DNA of 17,121 nucleotides from Planctomycetota bacterium (GTDB lineage Bacteria > Planctomycetota > Brocadiia > Brocadiales > Brocadiaceae), in NCBI GenBank assembly GCA_016235875.1, contig JACRII010000057.1, positions 1 through 17,121 of the forward strand, given 5' to 3'. Shown here piece by piece: positions 1 through 7,431 of the stretch. The stretch's first letter is position 1; the number at the start of each line of letters is the position of its first letter. A program made the position numbers and the translations under genes. The notes below the pieces were generated by a model. It did no database searches. It was not told the origin of the DNA and saw nothing but the letters and a program-made list of their open reading frames with translations.

Positions 1-293
1 GCACGGTCATCGTTATAGTGATACATATAGGGAGAAAAGGTATTTGGCTCAATCTTATGAAAGTCGGCAAGAAACGAAAAGACGTCTTCGACCTTAATAG
101 CGCCGTCCTGCGACGAGATGTAGAGTTCGACGCGGTTACAGGTCGATAAAATAACAATCTCTGCGTTTTGGTCTTGATATTTCTGGGAAAACAGAGATAA
201 GGCGTTATTGATACTATTGGGATTAAAAGCTAGTTTTTCCCTGACTTCTATCGGCGCTGATTTATGATTCAATCCTACAACAATAATACTCAT
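1..293 (-). CDS. hemA: Glutamyl-tRNA reductase, N-terminal part (truncated by window edge)
   Basis: Reverse-strand translation from ATG at 293: MSIIVVGLNHKSAPIEVREKLAFNPNSINNALSLFSQKYQDQNAEIVILSTCNRVELYISSQDG... contains the hallmark VGLNHKxAPxEVREKLAF and LSTCNRVELY motifs with the catalytic Cys. Confidence 0.95.
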   Translation of the reverse strand, partial: MSIIVVGLNHKSAPIEVREKLAFNPNSINNALSLFSQKYQDQNAEIVILSTCNRVELYISSQDGAIKVEDVFSFLADFHKIEPNTFSPYMYHYNDDR

Positions 294-340
294 AATCTAA
301 TCCTTAGCTCAAGCAAGCCGAAACAAAAACGTATAAAGTG

Positions 341-1297
341 TCACTGAACATTCAACAACTCAGTATGCGTTTGTTCGCTTACCTTCTGAAAGGCATGCTT
401 TGATCCCATAAAGAAGGTGCCAATAAAGGTAAAGAGTACCAGGCAAAAACCCACAATAGTCAAGCATGCGATCTTGGTGCCGTGAAATGATGCGATCAGA
501 CGCATATGCAGCAATGCCGCATATATCAACCAGGTTGCCAATCCTAAAATAACCTTATAATCAAGATACCACATCTCACCCAAAACATTTTGTGTCTTTA
601 CCCAAAATGTGCCAAATACAAGGCCAAGGGTGAGGAGCGGAAAGCCGAATGAAATCGTCTTCCACATCATCTTGTCAATCCCTTCGAGCGAAGGCAATTT
701 GTTAAAAAGAGAACCGAACAGTTTGTGTTTCAATTGCCTCTGCTGTGTCAAATACATGATGCTTAGACTAAATGATATAGTAAAGGCGGCATATCCCACG
801 AATATAGGAATGATGTGCGCTATGAGCCAGAAATTCTGAAGGCTTACGGTAATCAACAAATTTCCTCCGTCAAACGTAAGAGCCCATATTGAAAGCGCAG
901 TAACAACAGGCAATAAAAATGTGTCTAAAGATGGCAGCTTGTAAAGGTAGTCCAGATTTATGTAAACAAAGAGAATACACCATAGCAATGAGACGAAAGA
1001 CTCATACACGTTTGTTATGGGAATGTTGCCCGATTCAAGGCCCAGGAAAACAATAAAGCCGCTGTGGATGAAAAACCCCATCATCATTGTCCATTTGGCA
1101 ACTTTTTTATCAAAAACACCGGGCTTTACGATGTATCCGATTGACCAAACGGAAGATATAAAATACAAAATTATGGTAATGATAAAAGGGATATGAGACA
1201 TCTGTATCATAGTAAATACTGTAAGAAATAAATATTCATTAATCAATGAAAATTTCAAAACGTCCTGCTTTGCGTTTTTAGTTTTTTTAATTGACAA
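341..1297 (-). CDS. CcsA/CcsB/HemX-like cytochrome c assembly family membrane protein
   Basis: 318 aa, multi-TM. C-terminal segment FGTFWVKTQNVLGEMWYLDYKVILGLATWLIYAALLHMRL resembles the CcsA-family core. Located directly upstream of hemA on the same strand, as in hemX-hemA arrangements. TTG start preceded by AAAGGAG on the minus strand. Confidence 0.8.
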   Translation of the reverse strand: MSIKKTKNAKQDVLKFSLINEYLFLTVFTMIQMSHIPFIITIILYFISSVWSIGYIVKPGVFDKKVAKWTMMMGFFIHSGFIVFLGLESGNIPITNVYESFVSLLWCILFVYINLDYLYKLPSLDTFLLPVVTALSIWALTFDGGNLLITVSLQNFWLIAHIIPIFVGYAAFTISFSLSIMYLTQQRQLKHKLFGSLFNKLPSLEGIDKMMWKTISFGFPLLTLGLVFGTFWVKTQNVLGEMWYLDYKVILGLATWLIYAALLHMRLIASFHGTKIACLTIVGFCLVLFTFIGTFFMGSKHAFQKVSEQTHTELLNVQ

Positions 1298-1372
1298 AAG
1301 CTCCTTTGTCCGATACCCTACATCGTAGTAAGGACATACTCATCTAATGATTCAAATAGGAGGTATGAGTTT

Positions 1373-1594
1373 ATGGCGGAAGAACTAAAAATAACAAAAA
1401 AAACCAGTATCGGAGATGTAATTAAGCAATATCCAGAGGCTGAGGCTGTAATAAAAAAATATTTCGGGGCAGGATGCTTTACCTGTCCGGGTTCAAAAAC
1501 GGAGGATATTGCCTTTGGCGCTACCATGCACAACATATCTCCCGATGTTATTATTAAAGAATTGAACGAGGTCATTAGTAAGAAAAAAGGGTAA
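1373..1594 (+). CDS. DUF1858-type (hybrid-cluster-protein-associated redox disulfide) domain protein
   Basis: 73 aa: KKTSIGDVIKQYPEAEAVIKKYFGAGCFTCPGSKTEDIAFGATMHNISPDVIIKELNEVI; typical TSIGDVIKQYPEAxxVxxxYFGxGCFxC pattern with a CxxC. SD aggaggt upstream. Confidence 0.85.
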   Translation: MAEELKITKKTSIGDVIKQYPEAEAVIKKYFGAGCFTCPGSKTEDIAFGATMHNISPDVIIKELNEVISKKKG

Positions 1595-1618
1595 TATTTT
1601 CAGATAAGGAGAATTCAC

Positions 1619-1837
1619 ATGAAAGAGAGAATAGAAGAGGCATTGAAACATATCAGACCTGCACTGCAGGCGGATGGCGGCGATATAGAACTTGTAAGCG
1701 TAGAGGGGGGTGTTGTAAAGGTGCGTCTGAGAGGCGCCTGCGGATCCTGTCCCAGTGCATTGATGACGCTGAAATACGGCGTAGAGGAACGTCTCAAGGA
1801 AGAGATTCCTGAAGTAGAATCGGTAGAACTCGCATAG
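1619..1837 (+). CDS. NifU C-terminal (NFU) domain Fe-S scaffold protein
   Basis: 72 aa: IRPALQADGGDIELVSVEGGVVKVRLRGACGSCPSALMTLKYGVEERLKEEIPEVESVE; canonical RPxLQxDGGDxELV and GxCxxCPSxxxTLKxGxE with CxxC. Confidence 0.95.
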   Translation: MKERIEEALKHIRPALQADGGDIELVSVEGGVVKVRLRGACGSCPSALMTLKYGVEERLKEEIPEVESVELA

Positions 1838-1876
1838 TACATTTTATGTTTGATTTAAACACTGAGGAGTTTCTAA

Positions 1877-2554
1877 ATGAGTTTAGTATTGGGTCCAATC
1901 CATTATTGGATGTTTGGGAAAATAAAAACTACCGAGTCGAGAGAATCTGCCATAGTCTCTGCATTTAAAGAAAAGTACGGTGCAGATGCAGATAAAATAC
2001 TTGATCAGGTGTATAAGAAATATCCAAAAACGAACAATAACAAACCCCTTGAAGAATTGCTGGCCAATAAGTCAATACATCAGGGAATTCAAAGTCTCAT
2101 CGTAGAAGTAGAAACACGGGAAGCCGCAGTAGTTGCCGCCTTCTGTGCCAAATATCCTGATGCCGCAAAAGTAGCAGCAGAGGCCGCACATAAACATGGC
2201 ATTAGTTGTGGAAAAGAGGCCGTTAAAAGCAAAGGGCTGTCAGCGGCAGATTACAACAACACCTCGAAGGCATTTGAGATAATGGGTGACTTTCACAGCG
2301 ACGGAATGCCATGTGATCGTGGTGCACAGGTAGTATCGGAATCTGAAAAATGCACATCCTGGGATCACGAAAGCTGTGTCCATGAACCGTACTGGAAAAA
2401 TGCCGGTGCAAACTTTTTAACGATGTGCGATATTGTCAACGAATGGATTGCAGGATTCGGTGAGGGAGTAAATCCCAAAATCAGTTACAAACGTTCAAAA
2501 ACCCTTGCTGCAGGAGACCCCTCGTGTTTAGGTAGTTTCGAAATAAAGAAATAA
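1877..2554 (+). CDS. Conserved hypothetical cysteine-containing protein, possibly L-2-amino-thiazoline-4-carboxylic acid hydrolase-like
   Basis: 225 aa. C-terminal GFGEGVNPKISYKRSKTLAAGDPSCLGSFEI resembles the end of ATC-hydrolase-like proteins (NPxxxxxRTKTLxxGDxxC). Several scattered Cys and His. Family assignment is from memory. Confidence 0.4.
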   Translation: MSLVLGPIHYWMFGKIKTTESRESAIVSAFKEKYGADADKILDQVYKKYPKTNNNKPLEELLANKSIHQGIQSLIVEVETREAAVVAAFCAKYPDAAKVAAEAAHKHGISCGKEAVKSKGLSAADYNNTSKAFEIMGDFHSDGMPCDRGAQVVSESEKCTSWDHESCVHEPYWKNAGANFLTMCDIVNEWIAGFGEGVNPKISYKRSKTLAAGDPSCLGSFEIKK

Positions 2555-2556
2555 GC

Positions 2557-3582
2557 ATGTCAGATCGTTATGCACGGCAGGTACTGTTCTACGGCATAGG
2601 TAATGAAGGCCAAAAGATACTTATGGAGAAGACTGCCGTGCTCGTTGGCTGCGGCGCATTGGGCTGTACTTCAGCAAATCTTCTCGTCCGCAGCGGAATC
2701 AAATGTCTCAAGATTGTTGACCGTGATTTTATCGAAGAAAGCAACCTGCAGCGCCAATCCTTATTTGACGAAGAAGATATAAACAAAAACCTCCCAAAAG
2801 CTGTTGCCGCACAAAAGAAACTTCAGAAAGTTAATTCCCAAATACAGATCGAGGCAATTGTTGTTGACCTCAGCCCATCCAATATTGAAACTATTCTGGA
2901 GAGCGCAAATATCGTTATCGATGGAACTGATAATTTTGAGTCACGCTTTCTCATCAATGATTATTGTGTGAAACACGGGATACCTTGGATTTACGGGGCT
3001 TGCATTGGGAGTATGGGTTTAACCATGAACATTATTCCATCAAAAACTCCCTGTCTCCGATGTGTACTCGACACTATTCCACCTTTTGGCACGACTGAGA
3101 CATGCGACACAGCAGGAATTATCGCACCCATTGCCAGTATGATTGCCTCTATTCAGGCAGCGGAAGCGCTAAAAATATTAACAGGGAATTACGATGCCTT
3201 GAGTAAAGGGCTTTTGAAGATAGACCTCTGGCATAACGAAATTAAAAAGCTGCATACCGATGATATTCGGGAGAAATCCGATTGTATAGCGTGCAAACTA
3301 CACCAGTATGAATTCCTGTCCAAAGATAGGTATTCAATGACAATCTCCCTGTGCGGCAGAAATGCCATACAAATTTTACACCCTAACGGATCGAATCTTG
3401 ATCTGGCGAAACTTGCAGAACGATTAGAGCATGTGGGTGAAGTGTCTTTTAACCGCTTTCTTTTACGGCTGAAAATAGACATATATGAGTTAACGGTATT
3501 TCCAGATGGACGATTAATTATTACCGGTACTAACGATGCCGCTGTGGCAAAGGGACTTTATGCAAAATATATAGGAATGTAA
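2557..3582 (+). CDS. ThiF/MoeB/HesA-family adenylyltransferase (E1-like)
   Basis: 341 aa. YARQVLFYGIGNEGQKILMEKTAVLVGCGALGCTSANLLVRSGI (nucleotide-binding GxGxxG-like), DRDFIEESNLQRQSLF, DGTDNFESRFLINDYC, paired CLRC and CIAC (Zn site). Confidence 0.93.
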   Translation: MSDRYARQVLFYGIGNEGQKILMEKTAVLVGCGALGCTSANLLVRSGIKCLKIVDRDFIEESNLQRQSLFDEEDINKNLPKAVAAQKKLQKVNSQIQIEAIVVDLSPSNIETILESANIVIDGTDNFESRFLINDYCVKHGIPWIYGACIGSMGLTMNIIPSKTPCLRCVLDTIPPFGTTETCDTAGIIAPIASMIASIQAAEALKILTGNYDALSKGLLKIDLWHNEIKKLHTDDIREKSDCIACKLHQYEFLSKDRYSMTISLCGRNAIQILHPNGSNLDLAKLAERLEHVGEVSFNRFLLRLKIDIYELTVFPDGRLIITGTNDAAVAKGLYAKYIGM

Positions 3583-3583
3583 T

Positions 3584-4732
3584 ATGAACTATCTCGATAA
3601 TGCAGCAACAACGTTTCCAAAACCAGAAATTGTATATAAAACAATGGACACCTTTTACCGAACACTGGGCGCAAACCCTGGACGGTCAGGTCACAAGATG
3701 GCAGTAGCGGCAGAAAAGGAAATTGAAGATACCCGTGCGGTTGTCACGAAATTATTAGGTATCAAGAATAGTAATCAATTTGTTTTTACCTTTAATGCAA
3801 CCGACGCCATAAACATGGGGATTAAAGGTTTACTCAAACCCGGAGACCATGCCATTACCACTTATCTCGAACACAACGCCGTATCCCGCGCACTCCATGG
3901 ACTAGAGAAAAGAAAAATAATTACTGTAACCAAAGTAAAAAATTCTCAGGACGGCTTTATTGAACCAGATGATATCAAGAATGCCATCACGCCCAGAACA
4001 CGTTTGATTGTTATGGCGCATGCACCCAATGTCATCGGTACGATCCAGCCCATCCAGGAGATTGGCAGGATCGCAAGAGAAAAGAACGTCATATTTATGG
4101 TAGATGCCGCCCAAACTACCGGTGTGTGTGAAATTGACGTTAACCAATGCTTTATCGATATGCTCGCTTTCACAGGACACAAAGGTCCGCTGGGCCCAAC
4201 TGGAACGGGGGGGTTGTATGTGGGAGAAGGGGTAAACCTTGAACCGTGGAGGGAAGGGGGGACAGGTTTTGAACCGGCCTCATTATCCCAGCCGGAAGAA
4301 CTACCTTTCAAGCTGGAGAGTGGCACACCAAATACCGTCGGTATCGCAGGACTCAGGGCAGGGGTAGAATATGTTCTATCCAGAGGAATTCAGACGATCA
4401 GAAAACATGAACAAAAATTAACCGGCAAACTCATAAACGCTTTAAAGGATGACCGGCGATTCATTTTGTACGGAACTACGGATATTTCCAAAAAGGTTGG
4501 TATCCTCTCCATAAATATCAAAGGATTTAAGCCCGCAGAAGTCGGCGCCATTCTTGATCAATCCTTTGACATTGCCGTTCGCACTGGTCTCCACTGCGCT
4601 CCCTTTGCGCATCAGGTGTTGGGCACGTTTCCAGACGGTACTGTCAGAGTCAGTCCGGGATGTTTCAATACAGAAGCGGACGTAAACCAACTCATAACCG
4701 CACTGGATAAAATCGCAAGTGAAAAAATATAA
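3584..4732 (+). CDS. Cysteine desulfurase family protein (class V aminotransferase fold)
   Basis: 382 aa. MNYLDNAATTFPKPEIVYKTMDTFYRTLGANPGRSGHKMA, PLP lysine in MLAFTGHKGPLGPTGTGGLYV, active-site Cys in AVRTGLHCAPFAHQ. Starts 2 nt after the preceding stop. Confidence 0.93.
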   Translation: MNYLDNAATTFPKPEIVYKTMDTFYRTLGANPGRSGHKMAVAAEKEIEDTRAVVTKLLGIKNSNQFVFTFNATDAINMGIKGLLKPGDHAITTYLEHNAVSRALHGLEKRKIITVTKVKNSQDGFIEPDDIKNAITPRTRLIVMAHAPNVIGTIQPIQEIGRIAREKNVIFMVDAAQTTGVCEIDVNQCFIDMLAFTGHKGPLGPTGTGGLYVGEGVNLEPWREGGTGFEPASLSQPEELPFKLESGTPNTVGIAGLRAGVEYVLSRGIQTIRKHEQKLTGKLINALKDDRRFILYGTTDISKKVGILSINIKGFKPAEVGAILDQSFDIAVRTGLHCAPFAHQVLGTFPDGTVRVSPGCFNTEADVNQLITALDKIASEKI

Positions 4733-4752
4733 TTAAATATTCCATCTATATT

Positions 4753-4929
4753 ATGTACTGCAGATACGAAAATCGTGGGCGTTGTGAATTGAACAAGAAA
4801 GAGTGCGTTCCCACTTCAAAGGGATGCGTTATAAAAACCGTTCCGGGTGTTACATTGATTGGTGATACAAAAAAGCAGTCACCCAAAAAAGACGACATAT
4901 CAGTTAAGAATAAACAATCGAGTCATTAA
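4753..4929 (+). CDS. Putative small Cys-rich protein (58 aa), not in the supplied ORF track
   Basis: Manual translation: MYCRYENRGRCELNKKECVPTSKGCVIKTVPGVTLIGDTKKQSPKKDDISVKNKQSSH*. Four Cys spaced C-x7-C-x6-C-x6-C. Lies 20 nt downstream of the cysteine desulfurase stop, same strand. No strong SD seen. Confidence 0.45.
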   Translation: MYCRYENRGRCELNKKECVPTSKGCVIKTVPGVTLIGDTKKQSPKKDDISVKNKQSSH

Positions 4930-5575
4930 TACCTGCTTCTTTAAAGGCCTTTAACCGTAGGAAACAGCTATGACATACGCCGCAGGCTTTATCCGTGTTT
5001 TTGTAACACGACCAGCTCAGGTGGAAGGGGGCATTTAAAGAAATGCCCATTTTCACAATCTCTGATTTGCTTTTGCTAATGAGCGGGGTTTCCACCTCGA
5101 TGCATGTTGTGGGTTTCGTCCCTGCCTTGATAAGTTTGTTAAAGGTTTCATAATAAATTGGCCTACAATCGGGATAACCAGGGCTGTCCTGTTCCACAGC
5201 GCCAATAAATACCTTCTTCGCCCCAATAACCTCTCCCCAGGAAACGGCAATGGTCAAAAAAAGCGTGTTTCGAAAGGGGACATATGAGGTGGGAATTTCT
5301 TTGCTGTTTAACTGTGCATCCTGAACGGTCATGCTCAAATCCGTTAGACTCGAACCACCAATCTTGCCCAAATAATCAATGTTAGATATGAGAATCCTTT
5401 CTTCTGGAATGTTGTAGAATGCTGCAATATCCCGAAAAGCCATAAGCTCCCGCGATTCTGTGCGCTGATTGTAGTTAACGTGTAAGAGCGCAATCTGGTA
5501 TTGTGTATTCGCAATAGCCGCAGTTACACAGCTATCCATTCCACCGCTTACCAGTACTATAGCTAATTCTTTCAT
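4904..5575 (-). CDS. queC: 7-cyano-7-deazaguanine synthase
   Basis: 223 aa. LAIVLVSGGMDSCVTAAIA (PP-loop SGGMDS), YVPFRNTLFLTIAVSWGE, C-terminal SCYKNTDKACGVCHSCFLRLKAFKEAG Zn-binding cysteines. Confidence 0.96.
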   Translation of the reverse strand: MKELAIVLVSGGMDSCVTAAIANTQYQIALLHVNYNQRTESRELMAFRDIAAFYNIPEERILISNIDYLGKIGGSSLTDLSMTVQDAQLNSKEIPTSYVPFRNTLFLTIAVSWGEVIGAKKVFIGAVEQDSPGYPDCRPIYYETFNKLIKAGTKPTTCIEVETPLISKSKSEIVKMGISLNAPFHLSWSCYKNTDKACGVCHSCFLRLKAFKEAGINDSIVYS

Positions 5576-5586
5576 GGAAAATTTAT

Positions 5587-5625
5587 CTCACCGCTTCCTT
5601 TGCGTTCTCTGCGTCTTTGCGGTAA
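5587..5625 (-). repeat. Short intergenic heptamer-like repeat element (reverse complement ACCGCAAAGACGCAGAGAACGCAAAGGAAGCGGTGAG)
   Basis: Sequence ctcaccgcttcctttgcgttctctgcgtctttgcggta lies between the queC and queE ORFs, with quasi-periodic TTTGCGT/TCTGCGT/TTTGCGG units and an inverted ACCGC...GCGGT pair at the ends. Confidence 0.55.
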
Positions 5626-5634
5626 ATATCTATT

Positions 5635-6270
5635 TTAAACTCCTCTTGTTTGTGGCTCCCAGATATATTTATGGAGTTGGAGCTGAAATCGCACATCGAG
5701 ATTATCTTCCAAAATCCATTGAACAACCGTTTTAGGAGAAATTTTGCCAAAGGCGGTTCCTACTAGTACTCTGGCAATTTTGGGTAAATTATATTTCTGA
5801 ATTACGGCCTTCGTCCAGTCATAATCATTCCGTGAACTTAAAACGAATTTCACCTCATCCAGCTTGGCCAGATAGTCGATATTTTGCCAGTTCATTAGAT
5901 GACTCATATTGCTGTCAGGACACTTGATATCCATAATTTTAATGGCTTTTTGAGGTATCGTGCGGATGTCGTAACTCCCGTTCGTTTCGACTAAAACAGT
6001 GTAATTTTTATTCAGTAACGCTTCAAGTAAAAACGGCGTGTCATTATTTGACAGCGGTTCACCTCCAGTAACACAGACTATTTTAGTCTTGAATCTGGCA
6101 ATGCATTCAAGAATAGTACTCAAGGACATTTCATTCCCTTCATCATAGGCGTAAGTGGTATCACAGTAGCTGCAACGTAAATTACAACCCGTTACACGTA
6201 TGAAGGCGCAAGGGAGGCCGGCGTAAGATGTCTCTCCTTGAATACTCTTAAAGATTTCGTTAATTTTCAT
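5635..6270 (-). CDS. queE: 7-carboxy-7-deazaguanine synthase (radical SAM)
   Basis: 211 aa. MKINEIFKSIQGETSYAGLPCAFIRVTGCNLRCSYCDTTYAYDEG: SIQGE start and CxxxCxxC radical SAM motif; CVTGGEPLSN. Confidence 0.95.
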   Translation of the reverse strand: MKINEIFKSIQGETSYAGLPCAFIRVTGCNLRCSYCDTTYAYDEGNEMSLSTILECIARFKTKIVCVTGGEPLSNNDTPFLLEALLNKNYTVLVETNGSYDIRTIPQKAIKIMDIKCPDSNMSHLMNWQNIDYLAKLDEVKFVLSSRNDYDWTKAVIQKYNLPKIARVLVGTAFGKISPKTVVQWILEDNLDVRFQLQLHKYIWEPQTRGV

Positions 6271-6390
6271 AGGTTTTAATTTTATTAAATATGTGGGAGT
6301 AAAGCAAGCTCTGTAATACGGTATATTTAAGTTAGGAAAAAATATTTATTGAATAATTCCATTAATTATGAGATATTATTGTACAAAACG

Positions 6391-6472
6391 GGGCAACGAG
6401 ATTCTTCACGGAGTTTACCCTGAGCAAAATTAGACCCTTCGCGCTGCTCAGGGTGACAAAGACGAAGGGTTC
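6391..6472. repeat. Intergenic element with interleaved inverted repeats (ACCCTGAGCA / TGCTCAGGGT and ACCCTTCG / CGAAGGGT)
   Basis: ggggcaacgagattcttcacggagtttACCCTGAGCAaaattagACCCTTCGcgcTGCTCAGGGTgacaaagaCGAAGGGTtc: arms at 6417-6426/6445-6454 and 6434-6441/6463-6470. Confidence 0.5.
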
Positions 6473-6528
6473 ATAATAAATATAACTATTACCCTGCGGA
6501 TATTTTCGATACAAGAAAGGGAGGAATT

Positions 6529-7140
6529 ATGGCAACAATTTTGAAAGAAGATATTTTACGTAGGAAAAATAAGGAAACCAGCAGCAAAGAAAAGGTCGAC
6601 AAGATAATGAGCACGATAGTTGCACCACCCGTGCAATCGAACCTGCCAAAATCAGAAAGTAAAGAAAGCAAGCCAACCTCAGAAACAGTAAAACCTGCAG
6701 AAAGTACCGCAAGGCAGCATATCCTCAGCAGCGAAATATTGATAGAAGGAGAGTGTTCATCTGAACTTGACGAGATCAGAAACAGGCTTTTAAAAGAATT
6801 AAAACCTTCCGGTGAAATAGAATCAATTCTTGTGGATCGCATCGTTTCTGGTGTTTGGCGATTGAAACGGTGTTTGAAGATTGAAAGCCAGATAATAGAG
6901 TTTGAGTCGTCCGGCATTCAGGAGTACGAGCAAGGATTTTTTAGGACTAGAAAGAGAACAAATAAAGAACTGTCTCAATTAAGGGCTTTAAAAATAACTG
7001 AAGGTAAAAACAGGCTTGAGGAATTATCCAAATATGAAACCATCTTGGAAAGACAAATATATAAGGCATTAAGTGTACTGGATAAACTCAGACAAAATGG
7101 ATCAGTATCAGAAAAGAGGGTGTCAAGGAAGGCAAAATAG
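6529..7140 (+). CDS. Hypothetical protein, WRLRR-type conserved family of unknown function
   Basis: 203 aa. LDEIRNRLLKELKPSGEIESILVDRIVSGVWRLKRCLKIESQIIEFES...LSKYETILERQIYKALSVLDKLRQ matches my recollection of a widespread standalone hypothetical family. SD gaaagggaggaatt upstream. Confidence 0.6.
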   Translation: MATILKEDILRRKNKETSSKEKVDKIMSTIVAPPVQSNLPKSESKESKPTSETVKPAESTARQHILSSEILIEGECSSELDEIRNRLLKELKPSGEIESILVDRIVSGVWRLKRCLKIESQIIEFESSGIQEYEQGFFRTRKRTNKELSQLRALKITEGKNRLEELSKYETILERQIYKALSVLDKLRQNGSVSEKRVSRKAK

Positions 7141-7160
7141 GTGTGTTGCGTTTTGGACAG

Positions 7161-7189
7161 GTAGAGACAGGTTTAAAACCTGTCTGTAC
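7161..7189. repeat. Near-perfect palindromic short intergenic element
   Basis: GTAGAGACAGGTTT-a-AAACCTGTCTGTAC: 14-bp arms with one mismatch around 1 nt, 20 nt downstream of the 203-aa ORF; flanked by ttttggacag and ctttggacac. Confidence 0.6.
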
Positions 7190-7431
7190 TTTGGACACAT
7201 AGCGAAAAAGAAACGAATATCCAAAGTTTGTCAAAACTTCCCAACATTATAACATAATATATATTATCAGACGTTACAAATTTGATTAGGTGCGCTACTC
7301 TGTCGATGAAATTTTTGCAGTCGTGAGGTTTATGGATTTATAAGTTTCGGCTGCAATCGGCATGAACCCACTCCCCTCAATTTGATTTCGATACTCAGTA
7401 ATTTCTTTTCTATCAAGCTTAAAGAATATTA

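Noticed and set aside
609-839. ORF antisense to the CcsA-like gene (76 aa)
   Set aside because: Entirely inside a well-supported gene on the other strand; no recognisable motif or ordered context.
1291-1319. TTGACA-N17-TACCCT promoter-like match upstream of the DUF1858-like gene
   Set aside because: The -10 half is poor (3/6) and the -35 overlaps the divergent gene's start codon; too weak to call.
1318-1575. Minus-strand ORF over the DUF1858-like gene
   Set aside because: Shadow ORF of a strongly supported small CDS.
1615-1842. Minus-strand ORF (75 aa) over the NFU gene
   Set aside because: The plus-strand NFU motif set is decisive; the antisense translation is low-complexity Ser/Pro-rich.
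3902-4326. Two overlapping minus-strand ORFs (3902..4180 and 3946..4326) in the cysteine desulfurase gene
   Set aside because: Overlap each other and a gene with intact PLP-enzyme motifs; typical shadow ORFs.
5053-5250. Plus-strand ORF opposite queC
   Set aside because: Antisense shadow with no domain signature.
6271-6330. Possible preQ1 riboswitch upstream of queE (minus strand)
   Set aside because: Leader read on the minus strand lacks a recognisable preQ1-I stem plus A-rich tail; not supportable by eye.
6489-6917. 142-aa minus-strand ORF opposite the 203-aa hypothetical
   Set aside because: The plus-strand frame matches a recalled conserved family pattern and has a good SD; the antisense frame is Ser/Leu/Phe-rich shadow sequence.
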